Shown: positions 51,860 to 63,360 of the stretch, one piece after another | How the letters are laid out: every line of letters begins with the position of its first letter | Position numbering within the stretch: position 1 is the stretch's first letter | NCBI RefSeq assembly: GCF_009834535.1 | Contig: NC_045697.1 | Location: 21,516,001-21,580,000 of the forward strand | DNA: 64,000 nt | Reading direction: 5' to 3' | Source of the DNA: Camelus ferus | Lineage: Eukaryota | Notes under the pieces: model-generated | What the model saw: only the letters and a program-made list of their open reading frames with translations | Database searches by the model: none | Told to the model about the DNA's origin: nothing | Program-made: the position numbers and the translations under genes

Positions 51860-52386
51860 GATGATGTCACAGTGCTTTTACTTGCTGTAAGTGAAAGCAA
51901 AGAGCAAATGGCAGAACTTCTAGCAAAGAAAGAGGCAAATATACCTGCAGTTGATAAGCTGAAAAGAACCCTCATGCTTGCTGTAAATTATGAATCACCA
52001 CATATGGTCAGGTGTCTTCTTCAGCAAGGTTCTGATGTCTTTTCTCAAGATATGTATGGATGCACTGCAGAAGAATACACTCTTACTAGTGGTTTTAATA
52101 TTAATCACCAACTGATTGCTGACTATAAAGAAGAGACACCTAAAATTCCTTTTCAAAATAGCAACCCAGCGAATGAGATGATTCCTTAAGCAGCCTTTGC
52201 AACAAACCTGATGTTGATGATTCATGGCCTTCAACAGATGATAAAGTCTCAGATTTTGATACCAAGAACATCCTGAAACCAAGCTTAGCAAAGCGAATTT
52301 ATGCCTCTCAGCAGTCTGGGAAAAACAATATGATGTCAGCATTGAAATTAGAAGAGCAAGATACAGAATCTCCCTGGGATTCTGAG
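51860..52386 (+). pseudogene. ANKRD26: ANKRD26-family (ANKRD26/POTE/ANKRD30-like) exons with ankyrin repeats
   Basis: DDVTVLLLAVSESKEQMAELLAKKEANIPAVDKLKRTLMLAV...DVFSQDMYGCTAEEY...HQLIADYKEE...QNSNP, then after a frameshift KPDVDDSWPSTDDKVSDFDTKNILKPSLAK and MSALKLEEQDTESPWDSE. These are ANKRD26-family hallmark motifs. Confidence 0.9.
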
Positions 52387-53648
52387 CATCTTCTCCCAGG
52401 AGCACACTGACAGCTCTGTCATCCTGCATCTAACGCATTCCCCAGATGGGCCTCCAGGAAGAGGCCCTGCAGGCACCATGGCAGGCTGGTCTTCTCTCTT
52501 CCACACTCCTCTAGCAGCTCCCATCCTTGGGCATCTTGCAGCAGTGGCTGAAGTCCAGAACTTGAACTTGACTGGGAAAACCATGTCCATTCCAAAATGC
52601 AGCATTTTCATCTTTTGGTTGGGTGAATATTGGTCCCCCATGGATAGGAGTGATAACTACAAGATTCAGAAGTGGAAAGAGTTATCTATAGTCTCAAATA
52701 ATTTAGTTCACATGTTCAATTTCAAAAGCAGGAGCTCAGGTATATAAGTAAATAAATCACATGGAATAAAAATGTGATTCTAGAATGAGGAGGTGTCAGA
52801 AAGCTGCCTTTTGCTGAAGTTCAGTGCTAACACTGTCTTTCTCAAACTATAAACTCAGTAGGAACTAATAATCGTTTCACGTGGAAAAATCAGCTATCCA
52901 AAGTAGCTTGTACAGTAAATGCCTATTTTACACATTCAACACTTAATTGGAGGAAAAAGCAATGCAAGTTGATTCAATGTAGTTTTTTAAAATCTCAACA
53001 CATATTTCATTGTCACAAAATAAGTATTAATGTGCTCCCCTAAGTAAAAAAAAAAAAAAAAAAAAAAAGATGAGCAATAACAGGAAAGAATGTGAAGAAA
53101 CTGGAACCTTCATACATTGCTCGCAGTCGGGGGGGGATGTAAAATAATGAAGCCACTTTGTAAGGCAGCTAGTTCTTCAAAAAGTTAAATAAAGAATTAT
53201 CACATGATCCAGCAATTCCACTGTTATGCCCAAGAAAATTCTTAAATTATGTCTAAAAATTTGTACACAAATATTCACAGCATCAGTATTCATGATAGCC
53301 CCAAAATGGAAACAAGCCAAAGTCTATCAACAAGTAATTGTGTAAATAAAATATGGTACATCCATAGAATACAATATTATTTGGCCATAAAAAGAATGTA
53401 GTTCTGATTATGCTAAGTGAAAGGAGTCATACACAAAAAGCCACATATTGGATACAATTTATATGAAATGTTTAGAATAAGTAGGACGATAGAGACAGAA
53501 AGTAGGTCAGTGAATGTCAGGGGCAATAACCAACTGATATATGGTTGAATAGAGGACTGACTAAATTATAAATAATAAGATAAAGGGGTACTTTGAAACA
53601 ATCCAATCCAATTTTCCTCTTTTTGTTTATTATTTTTGTTGGCCATCT

Positions 53649-53686
53649 TTTTCTTTTTTAAATTTTTAGTTTCTTTCTTTCTTTTT

Positions 53687-53718
<32 letters not shown>

Positions 53719-56615
53719 TGAAGTAAAGTAAGTTTACAAAGTTGTGTCAATTTCTGGTGCACAGCATAATGTTTCTGTCATATATGTATTCATACATATA
53801 TTTGTTTTCATATTATTCTTCATTATAGGTTACTACAAAATACTGAACATACTTCCCTGTGCTATACAGAAGAAACTTGTTGCTTATATATTATATATAT
53901 AATAGTACATATATCTACAAACTCCTAATTTATTCATTCCCACCTCCTTTCACCCTAGTAACCATAAGTTTTTTTCTATGTCTGTGAGTCTATTTCTGCT
54001 TTGTAAAGAAGTTCATTTGTGTCTTTATTTTTAATTTGTTTTAGATTCCACATATGAGTGATATCATATATAATTTTCTTTTTCTTTCTGGCTTACTTCA
54101 CTTAGAATGATAACCTCCAGGTCCAATCCATATTGCTGCAAATGACATTCTTTTATTCTTTTTATGGCTGAGTAGCATTCCATTGTATAAATATTCCACA
54201 GTTTCTTTATCCAGCCATCTGTCAATGGACACTTAGGCTGCTTCCATATCTTGGCTATTGTATATAGTGCTGCTATGAATATTGGGGTGCATGTATCTTT
54301 TTGAATTAGAGTTATCTCCAGATATATGCCCAGGAGGGGGATTGCTGGATCATATTGTAAGTTTATTTTTAGTTTTTGTTAAGGAATCTCCATATTGTTT
54401 TCCATAATAGCTGTACCAAACTACATTCTCACCAGCAGTGTAGTGAGGGCTCCCTTTTCTCCACACTCTCTCTTCCGTTTATCATTCATGGACATTTTAA
54501 TGATTGCTTTTGGTAGTGTGGCCATTTTAACAATATTAATTCCTCCAATCCAAGAGCATGGGATATCTTTCTATTTCTTTGAGTTATCTTTAATTTCCTT
54601 AATTAATGTTTTGTACTTCTCCTGATACAAATCTTTCTCCTCCTTGGTCAGATTTATTCCTAAGAATTTTTTTTTAATTGCATGAGATTTAAAAGAGATT
54701 GTTTCTTTATTTTCCTTTTCTGAAATTTCATTGTTAGTGGGAAGAAATGCAACTGACTTGTCTATGTTAATCTTGTATCCTGCTACCTTGCCAAATTTTT
54801 TTATCAGCTTTATTATTTTTTGTGTGGAGCCTTCAAGGATTTTCTATATATAGTATCATGTAATCCACATTTAGTGACAATTTTACTTCTTCTCTTTGAA
54901 TTTAGATTCCTTTTATTTCTTTTTCTTGTCTGATTGCTGTGGCCAGGACTTCCACTACTCTGTTGAATAGAAGTGATGAGAATGGGCATCTTTGTCTTGT
55001 TCCAGATTTTAGAGGGAAGGTTTTCACCTTTTCACTGTTGAGTATTATCCTGGCTGTGGGTTTGTTATAAATAGCTTTCATTATGCTGAGATATGTTCCT
55101 TCTATGCCCACTTAGGTAAGAATTTTTATCATAAATGAGTTTTGAATTTTAACAAATGCTTTTTCTGCATCTATTGAGATGATCATGTGATTTTTGTCCT
55201 TTCTTTTGTTGATGATGGTGTATCACATTGTTTGATTTGTGTATATTGAACCATCCCTGGGATGAATCCAACTTGATCATTGTGTATGATCTTTTTTATG
55301 TGTTGTTGGAGTCTGTTTGCTAATATTTTGTGAGGGATTTTTGCATCTATGTTCATCAATGATATTGGCCTATAATTTTCTTTTTTGGTAGTATATTTGC
55401 CTGGTTTTGATATTGGGGTGATGGTGACTTCGTAGAATGAGTTTGGTAGCATTCCCTCCTCTTCAGTCTTTTGGAAGAGTTTGAGAAGATCAATATGAGT
55501 TCTTCTCTGTATGTTTGGTAGAATTCCCCAGTGAAACCAAATGTAAATTTTCTTTGCATTCTTTGTAGGATGTGTTAGAGCCTATATGACTACCATTCTA
55601 AAGCAAATAGATATACTAATGGGCTAACATAATTTAAAAAACAGGGTACCCACAAATCAAAAGCAGGGCACACAGACCTACTGTTGATGCCAAACCCATC
55701 CCCAATGTGCACCAAGTCTCCACTCATTTGTCTTAGAGGCACAGGTCCACAAAGGCACCAGGAGAGCAAATCCACCACCTCTGCCAGGGACCTAGAATGA
55801 CATCAGTCTTGCCTGTGATGTTGCAGGGCCCCTGAGTAAGGGCTCATGTTTCAGCCCCTCCTCTGCCCAGAAGACAAGCACCAGCAGTTGTACCCCTCCA
55901 GAGCAAACTGAGAAGATGGCTGTGACTGAACCCCACCTCTCTTCTCACAAGAATGCTCATCAACATTGGTGCAGAGCAACATCCTCTGCACTAGTGGAGA
56001 TGGCAGCTATGAAGGTTGCAATGCACCTCTCATCCCACATGCAATGGTGCTTTCTATGGAGGGACCCAGACATGATTTGCACTCTCTTCTAGCTGCAGCC
56101 CACATCACACTCAAGTCTCCTGAGGCTGCCTGTGTGCAGTCAACCCCAGTCCCTCTCCCCAGGCTCATCCGTGGAAGCCTGAGTTCCAGCAGCCCAGCCC
56201 AGCCTGTCCCCATTGGCTTGCATCTTAGGCTAGGGTTCACAGTGACTCTCACTGCTGGTTTCTCTCAATTCTTTCTGCTAAGCTGCTGCTGCTGCCTCCT
56301 CTAAACCTCTGAAGCTTCTGTTCTGTCCCCTGTGGATCTCCTTGCTGGAGAGGGAGATTCCCAGGGTGAGGGCACTTTTCTTTCTATGCTGCCCTCTCTC
56401 TGTGTGAGCATATCATGCACCAATTTCCTTTTTCTTTCTTTTTTTTCCTCTACCTGTTTTTTGGGGGCTTTCCTTGTATTTCCAAAGTAAGAGAAATTAT
56501 GTCAAATTTCAGGAGTTATTCTGTGTGAATTGTTCTGTATTTATATATAATTTTTGGTGTGTTCATGGGACAGGGTGAGCTATGTGTCCTTCTACTCTGT
56601 CATCTTGGCAATCCC
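53649..56615 (-). mobile_element. Rearranged L1 with both 5' and 3' ends (internal deletions and a small inversion)
   Basis: 3' tail (CTTT)n at ~53650-53719; ORF2 RT peptides ([11 protein letters not shown]...[36 protein letters not shown]); 5'UTR start whose reverse complement reads gggattgccaagatgacagagtagaaggac at ~56615; decayed TSD tttgttggccatct / tttgctggtcttct. Confidence 0.85.
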
Positions 56616-59571
56616 TTTGCTGGTCTTCTAACTTGCCATACATTTTCTTAACAAATAACACCTACTGTAAGTGCATAGCAGTTATATGACTGTCCACTGC
56701 TGTGCTTCCCTAAAGAGTCATAAGAATGTGAAGTGGATCTACACTTAAAAGTGCAAGTATTCAATCTTTGATCTCAATATTTCAAAGGCATTCCTTGCAG
56801 TTGCAGTCAGTGCTTGGCTGTGTGGCTGAATTGCATGAATTCATGTCAGTGAGTTTATTGATGTTGAACAGCAGGAACTTGTAAATACAGACAGTTGAAA
56901 TTGTCAGTTTACTGATAAACCCTTACATGGGTAAGCAGTTGAAAGTCTCCTGCAGTCAGACTTGCAGAGCAATCCCTGGTAAATTAGTAGAATTTCTTAA
57001 CTTTTTTCTCCCAGTTTTCATGCCCTAAAGAAGTCAAATACAATTCCTTGGTTTGATTCACTTTAATTATTCACAAGAAGTACCATGCACAAAATTTTGC
57101 AAATGATGACTCAAGATTAATATAAAATAAAGAGAAACAAAATATGAGGTCAAGCTATGGCCAAAGGTGCTATTTTAAATACCAAAAGCTAAAATTTAAT
57201 ATGGAAATATCCTATCTTTTGTTTCTAAAGTTATTAAATGGAAATAATTCACCTTATCCCACAGGAAAACCACATAGCATTCAGATATGAAGATACGAAT
57301 ATATCTGAGTCCTTTTTAAGACTCAAATAAGCTGAATCATCTATAGAAGCAAGTACTGATATTGCCAAGTACTGCACTTCTTTCCATTAAAGGCTTTTAT
57401 AAAATTTGCTCATGACAGGTAGCTGAAGTATATTTTAAGTTAGTAGTGTTAATTTTTTCTTTCTACTTTGTTGGTAGAGATTTCATATCCTTTCACTCAT
57501 ATCAATTTTTATTTAACATGCAAAAGCATTGCAGGGAAATGAGCAAACTGCATAAATGATGGTCATTTACTTGAGATGGCCAAACTCCCTTAGCCAAGCA
57601 CTTCCCTTTAGCATAGTTTAATTTAGTATAGTTTAATTTTGTACTGAGAAACAAAGCTGACCTTATGCTTGTGTTTCGGAATTTGCATTTATACAAGTTT
57701 AGTAAAACAGTATTAGTTCTATTTGTATTATATTATCACAATCCTTTCAAAAGTATATCTCAAAAAAGTAACTATTTTTATTATTAAGAGATGTCCCAAC
57801 AAGATGTCATAAAAAATGACATCTAGAACAGACTGTGAAATAAATGTTTTAAGGAACAATTAGGCCCTTAGTCCCATTCAATTTCTTGCTGATTAATTTT
57901 AACTACCATTAATTGAATTTATCTTCAGCATGCTGAGTAAAAAATATCTTAAAATCAAATGTTTTGTATAGAAAATGTTTTTTCTATTTCTCCTGTTACA
58001 ATGGTGAATAAAGAGACATTACATCCTGAGTTTTTGCTGGTGATTATCATAGTTACAGGAAAGTAGGTAAATGATAAAAATAAATAGTAGTAAATATTTG
58101 TTTAATCGATCTATGTTTAAGTAAATTGTGTTGTCCAGATGTAATAAAAAGTCAATAGTTTAAAATCCTGTTTCTTCCTTCATTATTTATGTGTTCATAG
58201 AAAGTTTATTTAATCTTTCTAAACCTTGATGTTTTCACCTTGGGAAAAAAAAAAGAAAGCTAAACTAAATTCTGGGGATAATAGAACCAGTGTTGGAGAA
58301 TTAAGGAAATAATTTATTTTAGGGCCTGACATGCAACAGTTTGACTACAAATCCTTCCTTCATTCCCTCCTTTTTCTCTTTCACTCCCTCTCTTCTTCCT
58401 CTCTCCCTCTCTTCCCTACTTTCTTCTTATTCATGTCCTGATTTTAATAATCAGATTTACTAGCTAGCAGGACCATTTTACTACCTCTGTAGATCTAGTC
58501 ATCCACAATTATAGCCATCTTATTCTACATTATATTAGTGTGATAAGCACACATATAGATTACTTTTATCAAATATGTAACTTATTATAGTTTTGATTTT
58601 AAGTTAATTAGCTATTTAATTCAGATTGTCCATCATTTCTTAGAAGTCACTGAGTATTCTTTCCAACACTTAAATGAGATATGTAACCAATGGAATTTTT
58701 TCAACAGAATAGTGAAATTGAATTTTAGCAGTGACATGCAATAGTTTTGTGGATATTTATTGATAGAATTTTGTAAGATCTCTTCTGTAATGTATACAGT
58801 ATGTACATTTTTTCCACCTGTCAAAGAACTCCAGGCTTTGAAAAGTGAGGTTCTAATGGATCATGTGTTAAACTGCATTGGTTGCTTGATCCTTATAAAA
58901 GCATGTTTAGTCATTGCTATTTTTGGTAGTGGTTTTACCAAAAGAATCTGACAAATTTAATTGTGATAGTTAACAAATAATTGATAGATTATGTGTTATC
59001 ACATAACATAGAATGAATAATTGAATGCAAAAAATTCAACATGACTACTTCTACTCTATTGAAGTGTTCATATTGACAACTACCTTCTCCTTACACAATA
59101 GTTGCATTTAGTTAAATGTCTTGAAAAACATTATTTGGAAAACTCAAGGTCCTCGGGTGCCAGAACCTTTAATGTGCAATTCATTTTCACAATTTATGAT
59201 TCTAAGAGAGTTGCTCCAAGTCAAGATGAGGGAATCTGTTAATCAAAATTGGCAGAGAGCTACAGAAAGGACTGCTTCCAGGTAGTTTTCTTTTTTCAAA
59301 GACACACAGGCATTGTGTGAACAAGACACTTCTGTTGTTTTTGTTTTTGAGTTAAGATTTTATTGCTGAATTCTGATCAAAATAATTTATACATTTTAAA
59401 CTTGCACTGAATGAAGGGAAAATCTGCACAAGATGGATTGGTTAGATTGAACTTTGTATTCTCTTTTGACAAGTGTGTGTCCCTATACTTTTGCATATAG
59501 ATCAAGAACAATACTTCAAGGCATTCTCACCAACAGCAAGCAGATCTCCAATTTAGAGTGTCTTGTCTTGC

Positions 59572-61565
59572 TTTTTTTTTTTTTTAAACATTTTTTATTG
59601 ATTTATAATCATTTTACAATGTTGTGTCAAATTCCAGTGTTCAGCACAATTTTTCAGTTATTCATGGACATATACACACTCATTGTCACATTTTTTTCTC
59701 TGTGAGTTATCATAACATTTTGTGTATATTTCCCTGTGCTATACAGTGTAATCTATTCTACAATTTTGAAATCCCAGTCTATCCCTTCCCACCCTCCACC
59801 CCCCTGGTAACCACAAGTCTGTATTCTCTGTCTGTGAGTCTATTTCTGTCCTTTATTTACACTTTGTTTTTGTTTGTTTGTTTGTTTTTGTTTTTGTTTT
59901 TTAGATTCCACATATGAGCGATCTCATACGGTATTTTCTTTCTCTTTCTGGCTTACTTCACTTAGAATGACATTCTCCAGGAGCATCCATGTTGCTGCAA
60001 ATGGCATTATGTTGTCAGTTTTTATGGCTGAGTAGTATTCCATTGTATAAATATACCACCTCTTCTTTATCCAGTCACCTGTTGATGGACATTTAGGCTG
60101 TTTCCATGTTTTGGCTATTGTAAATAGTGCTGCTATGAACATTGGGGTGCAGGTGTCATCCTGAAGTAGATTTCCTTCTGGATACAAGCCCAGGAGTGGG
60201 ATTCCTGGGTCATATGGTAAGTCTATTCCTAGTCTTTTGAGGAATCTCCACACTGTTTTCCATAGTGGCTGCACCAAACTGCATTCCCACCAGCAGTGTA
60301 GGAGGGTTCCCCTTTCTCCACAGCCTCTCCAGCATTTGTCATTTGTGGATTTTTGAATGACGGCCATTCTGACTGGTGTGAGGTGATACCTCATTGTAGT
60401 TTTGATTTGCATTTCTCTGATAATTAGTGATATTGAGCATTTTTTCATGTGCTTTTTGATCATTTATATGTCTTCCTTGGAGAATTGCTTGTTTAGGTCT
60501 TCTGCCCATTTTTGGATTGGGTTGTTTAGTTTTTTCTTATTGAGTTGTATGAGCTGCTTATATATTCTGGAGATCAAGCCTTTGTCGGTTTCACTTGCAA
60601 AAATTTTCTCCCATTCCGTAGATTTTCTTCTTGTTTTATTTCTGGTTTCCTTTGCTGTGCAGAAGCTTGTAAGTTTCATTAGGTCCCATTTGTTTATTCT
60701 TGCTTTTATTTCTTCTAGGAGAAAATTTTTTAAATGTATGTCAGATAATGTTTTGCCTATGTTTTCCTCTAGGAGGTTTATTGTATCTTGTCTTATGTTT
60801 AAGTCTTTAATCCATTTTGAGTTGATTTTTGTATATGGTGTAAGGGAGTGTTCTAGCTTCATTGTTTTACATGCTGCTGTCCAGTTTTCCCAACACCATT
60901 TGCTGAAGAGACTGTCTTTATTCCAATGTATATTCTTGCCTCCTTTGTCAAAGATGAGTTGACCAAAAGTTTGTGGGTTCATTTCTGGGCTCTCTATTCT
61001 GTTCCATTGGTCTATATGTCTGTTTTGGTACCAATACCATGCTGTCTTGATGACTGTAGCTCTATAGTATTGTCTGAAGTCTGGGAGAGTTATTCCTCCA
61101 GCCTCTTTCTTTCTCTTCAGTAATGCTTTGGCAATTCTAGGTCTTTGATGGTTCCATATGAATTTTATTATGATTTTTTCTAGTTCTGTGAAATATGTCC
61201 TGGGTTATTGGATAGGGACTGTATTAAATCTGTAGATTGCCTTGGGCAGTGTGACCATTTTAACAATATTGATTCTTCCAATCCAAGAGCATGGAATATC
61301 TTTCCATTTTTTAAAGTCTTCTTTAATTTCCTTCATCAATGGTTTATAGTTTTCTGTGTATAATTCTTTCACCTCCTTGGTTAGATTTATTCCCAGATAT
61401 TTTATTACTTTGGGTGCTATTTTAAAGGGGATTGTTTCTTTACTTTCTTCTTCTGTTGATTTATCGTTAGTGTAAAGAAATGCAACTGATTTTTGAACGT
61501 TAATTTTGTAACCTGCTACCTTGCTGAATTCTTCAATCAGCTCTAGTAGCTTTTATGTGGACCTT
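59572..61565 (-). mobile_element. Young lineage-specific L1, 5'-truncated (~2 kb)
   Basis: Nearly intact ORF2 C-terminus: ORFs 60464-60982 and 59924-60463 are in one frame separated by a single stop. T-tail at 59572-59585. Confidence 0.97.
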
Positions 61566-62539
61566 GGAGTAAGTCTCACTTCTGTAAGTGGAATAGTGAA
61601 GCTGTTTATGTCTGAACTTGTTACATGTTGGTATTATTGTGTCTGTTGGGGACTGGGAAATAAGTAAGCTTAATAAATTGATTCAATTTTGAGTGTGTTT
61701 GAATTTAATGAAACTTAAATTGTACTGATTGATTCTCAACACTTTAATTACAGGTTAATTTCAGATCACTGAATTGTTTTACTTACATCAGGGCATCACA
61801 GATAGGATAGAATGATATGTTGTAATATTTTGGATACAGTTATTTTGGTTTTCACACTAATTAAAAGTTTTACCTCCATCTCCACCAAGGACAAAGGGAC
61901 AAGAATACAGTTGTTTAGAAAATGATACATTTGTAGACCATCTGCTCTTTGCATAGAACTGCATGAGCATTTGCTTATAAAAAGGAATTATGCTCCTCTT
62001 TTTAGTGTGCAGATTAAAGACAAGCCAGGAGAGAAAATATTAATGCAGACAATGAGAGGGCAAAAGCAATATGATTTGTTAATTACTACAGGAATGTAAA
62101 ATGCAGGTGGAAAGGTACATCAGTGAAGGTTAACCTAAATCTTGAATTGTGAAACAAGCTATAACCGTGTAATTAAGCTGAACTATTTACAATTGTTCAA
62201 ATGCTTTGAATTTTTTAATCTCAAATCCTTTGCTCAGAATGTTCTTCCCTGTGTCCTATTAGCTTGTTATTTATTTTGAAGATTTTTCAGAATTGCTCCA
62301 TATTATCCTTCTGTAACTCCTCTGAACTACCCTCAGTAGAATTAAATGTTTCCTCCATTGTGCTCCATTAGTAGCTAGTACATACCTTTATCATATAACT
62401 ATTCAGATACTTGTATATCTCTTCAGCTTGACCTTAATCCCTAGAAGTCAAAGCTTTGTTCTATTTTTTCTGTATCTCCATTTCCTAGTGCATGCTCCCA
62501 GATTTTATTCCTCTACTCAAACCTTACTATTGAATCTAT

Positions 62540-63360
62540 ACTGGAAGTATCTTCTCTAGACACTCTTTGGGGAACCTGTTTTTATGACTTATAATTGCAG
62601 CCCAAGATATCTCTCATTATACCTCTAACTTCAATCTGATCACCTCCTCTGAAGTTTGACCTATACTCAGCTTTCCACCTGACATCTCTGCTTTAGTGCC
62701 AGAAAGGGTGTCTCTAACACATTTTGCAAACTCATCTCACTCCTTCCATAAACTATGTCCCCTATTTTGCTGCTTAAGCTCAGATTTTAGGGGCCATCCT
62801 TGATACTTCTGTATTCCTTAGTCCTCACATACAAAAAATCACCAATTCCTGATAATTATATTTCCAAAAAACACCTTCTTGATCTTCAGCATCAGGGCCA
62901 CCACCCAGCATCTTCTAATATCTTTCTCTCCTTTTATTCACTGAATTTCAGTTGCACTGGACTCTGGTGTACTGAAGACTGTGACTTTTACCCATCTCAG
63001 TACTTAAATGTGATGATATTCTATCAGAAAAACATGAATTTGAATTCTTGGGCATGGCTATTTCCTTCTCTTCACTCAGCTCTCAGGTTGATTTACTTCT
63101 TTAAGGACAATATTGGGCTGCATATTCTATACAAGAATCTGCTACCCAGATTGTTTTCTTACAAAGCACTTGTCTCTTTCTTAGTACTTAAAATGTCATT
63201 ATTTTGTATTCATGTCTGCCTTTATTATATAATATTCATTTCCCCATTCTAATTTAAAAACCACGAAGATAGTAATCATCTCACCATTATGTACCAAACA
63301 TGTAGAACAAAGCCAAGCACATAAGAACACCATAAATATTTGTTAAAAAGATGAATGCAT
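62540..63360 (+). mobile_element. L2 3' portion
   Basis: cctcctctgaagtttgacc...cctgacatctctgctt...gggccatccttgatacttct...ataaatatttgttaaaaagatgaatg. Confidence 0.65.

Larger units (their letters stand above)
51044..53068 (+). pseudogene. Processed retrocopy of a chimeric TRAPPC9-like / ANKRD26-like mRNA
   Basis: Intron-free fused exons, pure 23-nt poly(A) at 53046-53068, TSD aaaagatggagca (51031-51043) / aaaagatgagca (53065-53076). It interrupts a contiguous old L1. Confidence 0.92.
50950..53530 (+). mobile_element. Old L1M 3' region split by the retrocopy (halves 50950-51043 and 53069-53530)
   Basis: tgaggtaccacttcacacctaccaggatggctatcataaaaa (RYHFTPTRMAII) resumes after the insert with aataac...tgtgaagaaactggaaccttcatacattgct...atgatccagcaattccact...atgctaagtgaaaggagtca. 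Confidence 0.85.

Noticed and set aside
51427..51864. 145-aa ORF with TRAPPC9 motifs as a functional CDS
   Set aside because: It is a mosaic of in-frame and out-of-frame TRAPPC9 pieces produced by exon skips and indels inside a retrocopy. There is no evidence of function.
59924..61123. Longest ORFs in the track (172-186 aa)
   Set aside because: They are L1 ORF2 C-terminal remnants and their antisense shadows, not host genes.
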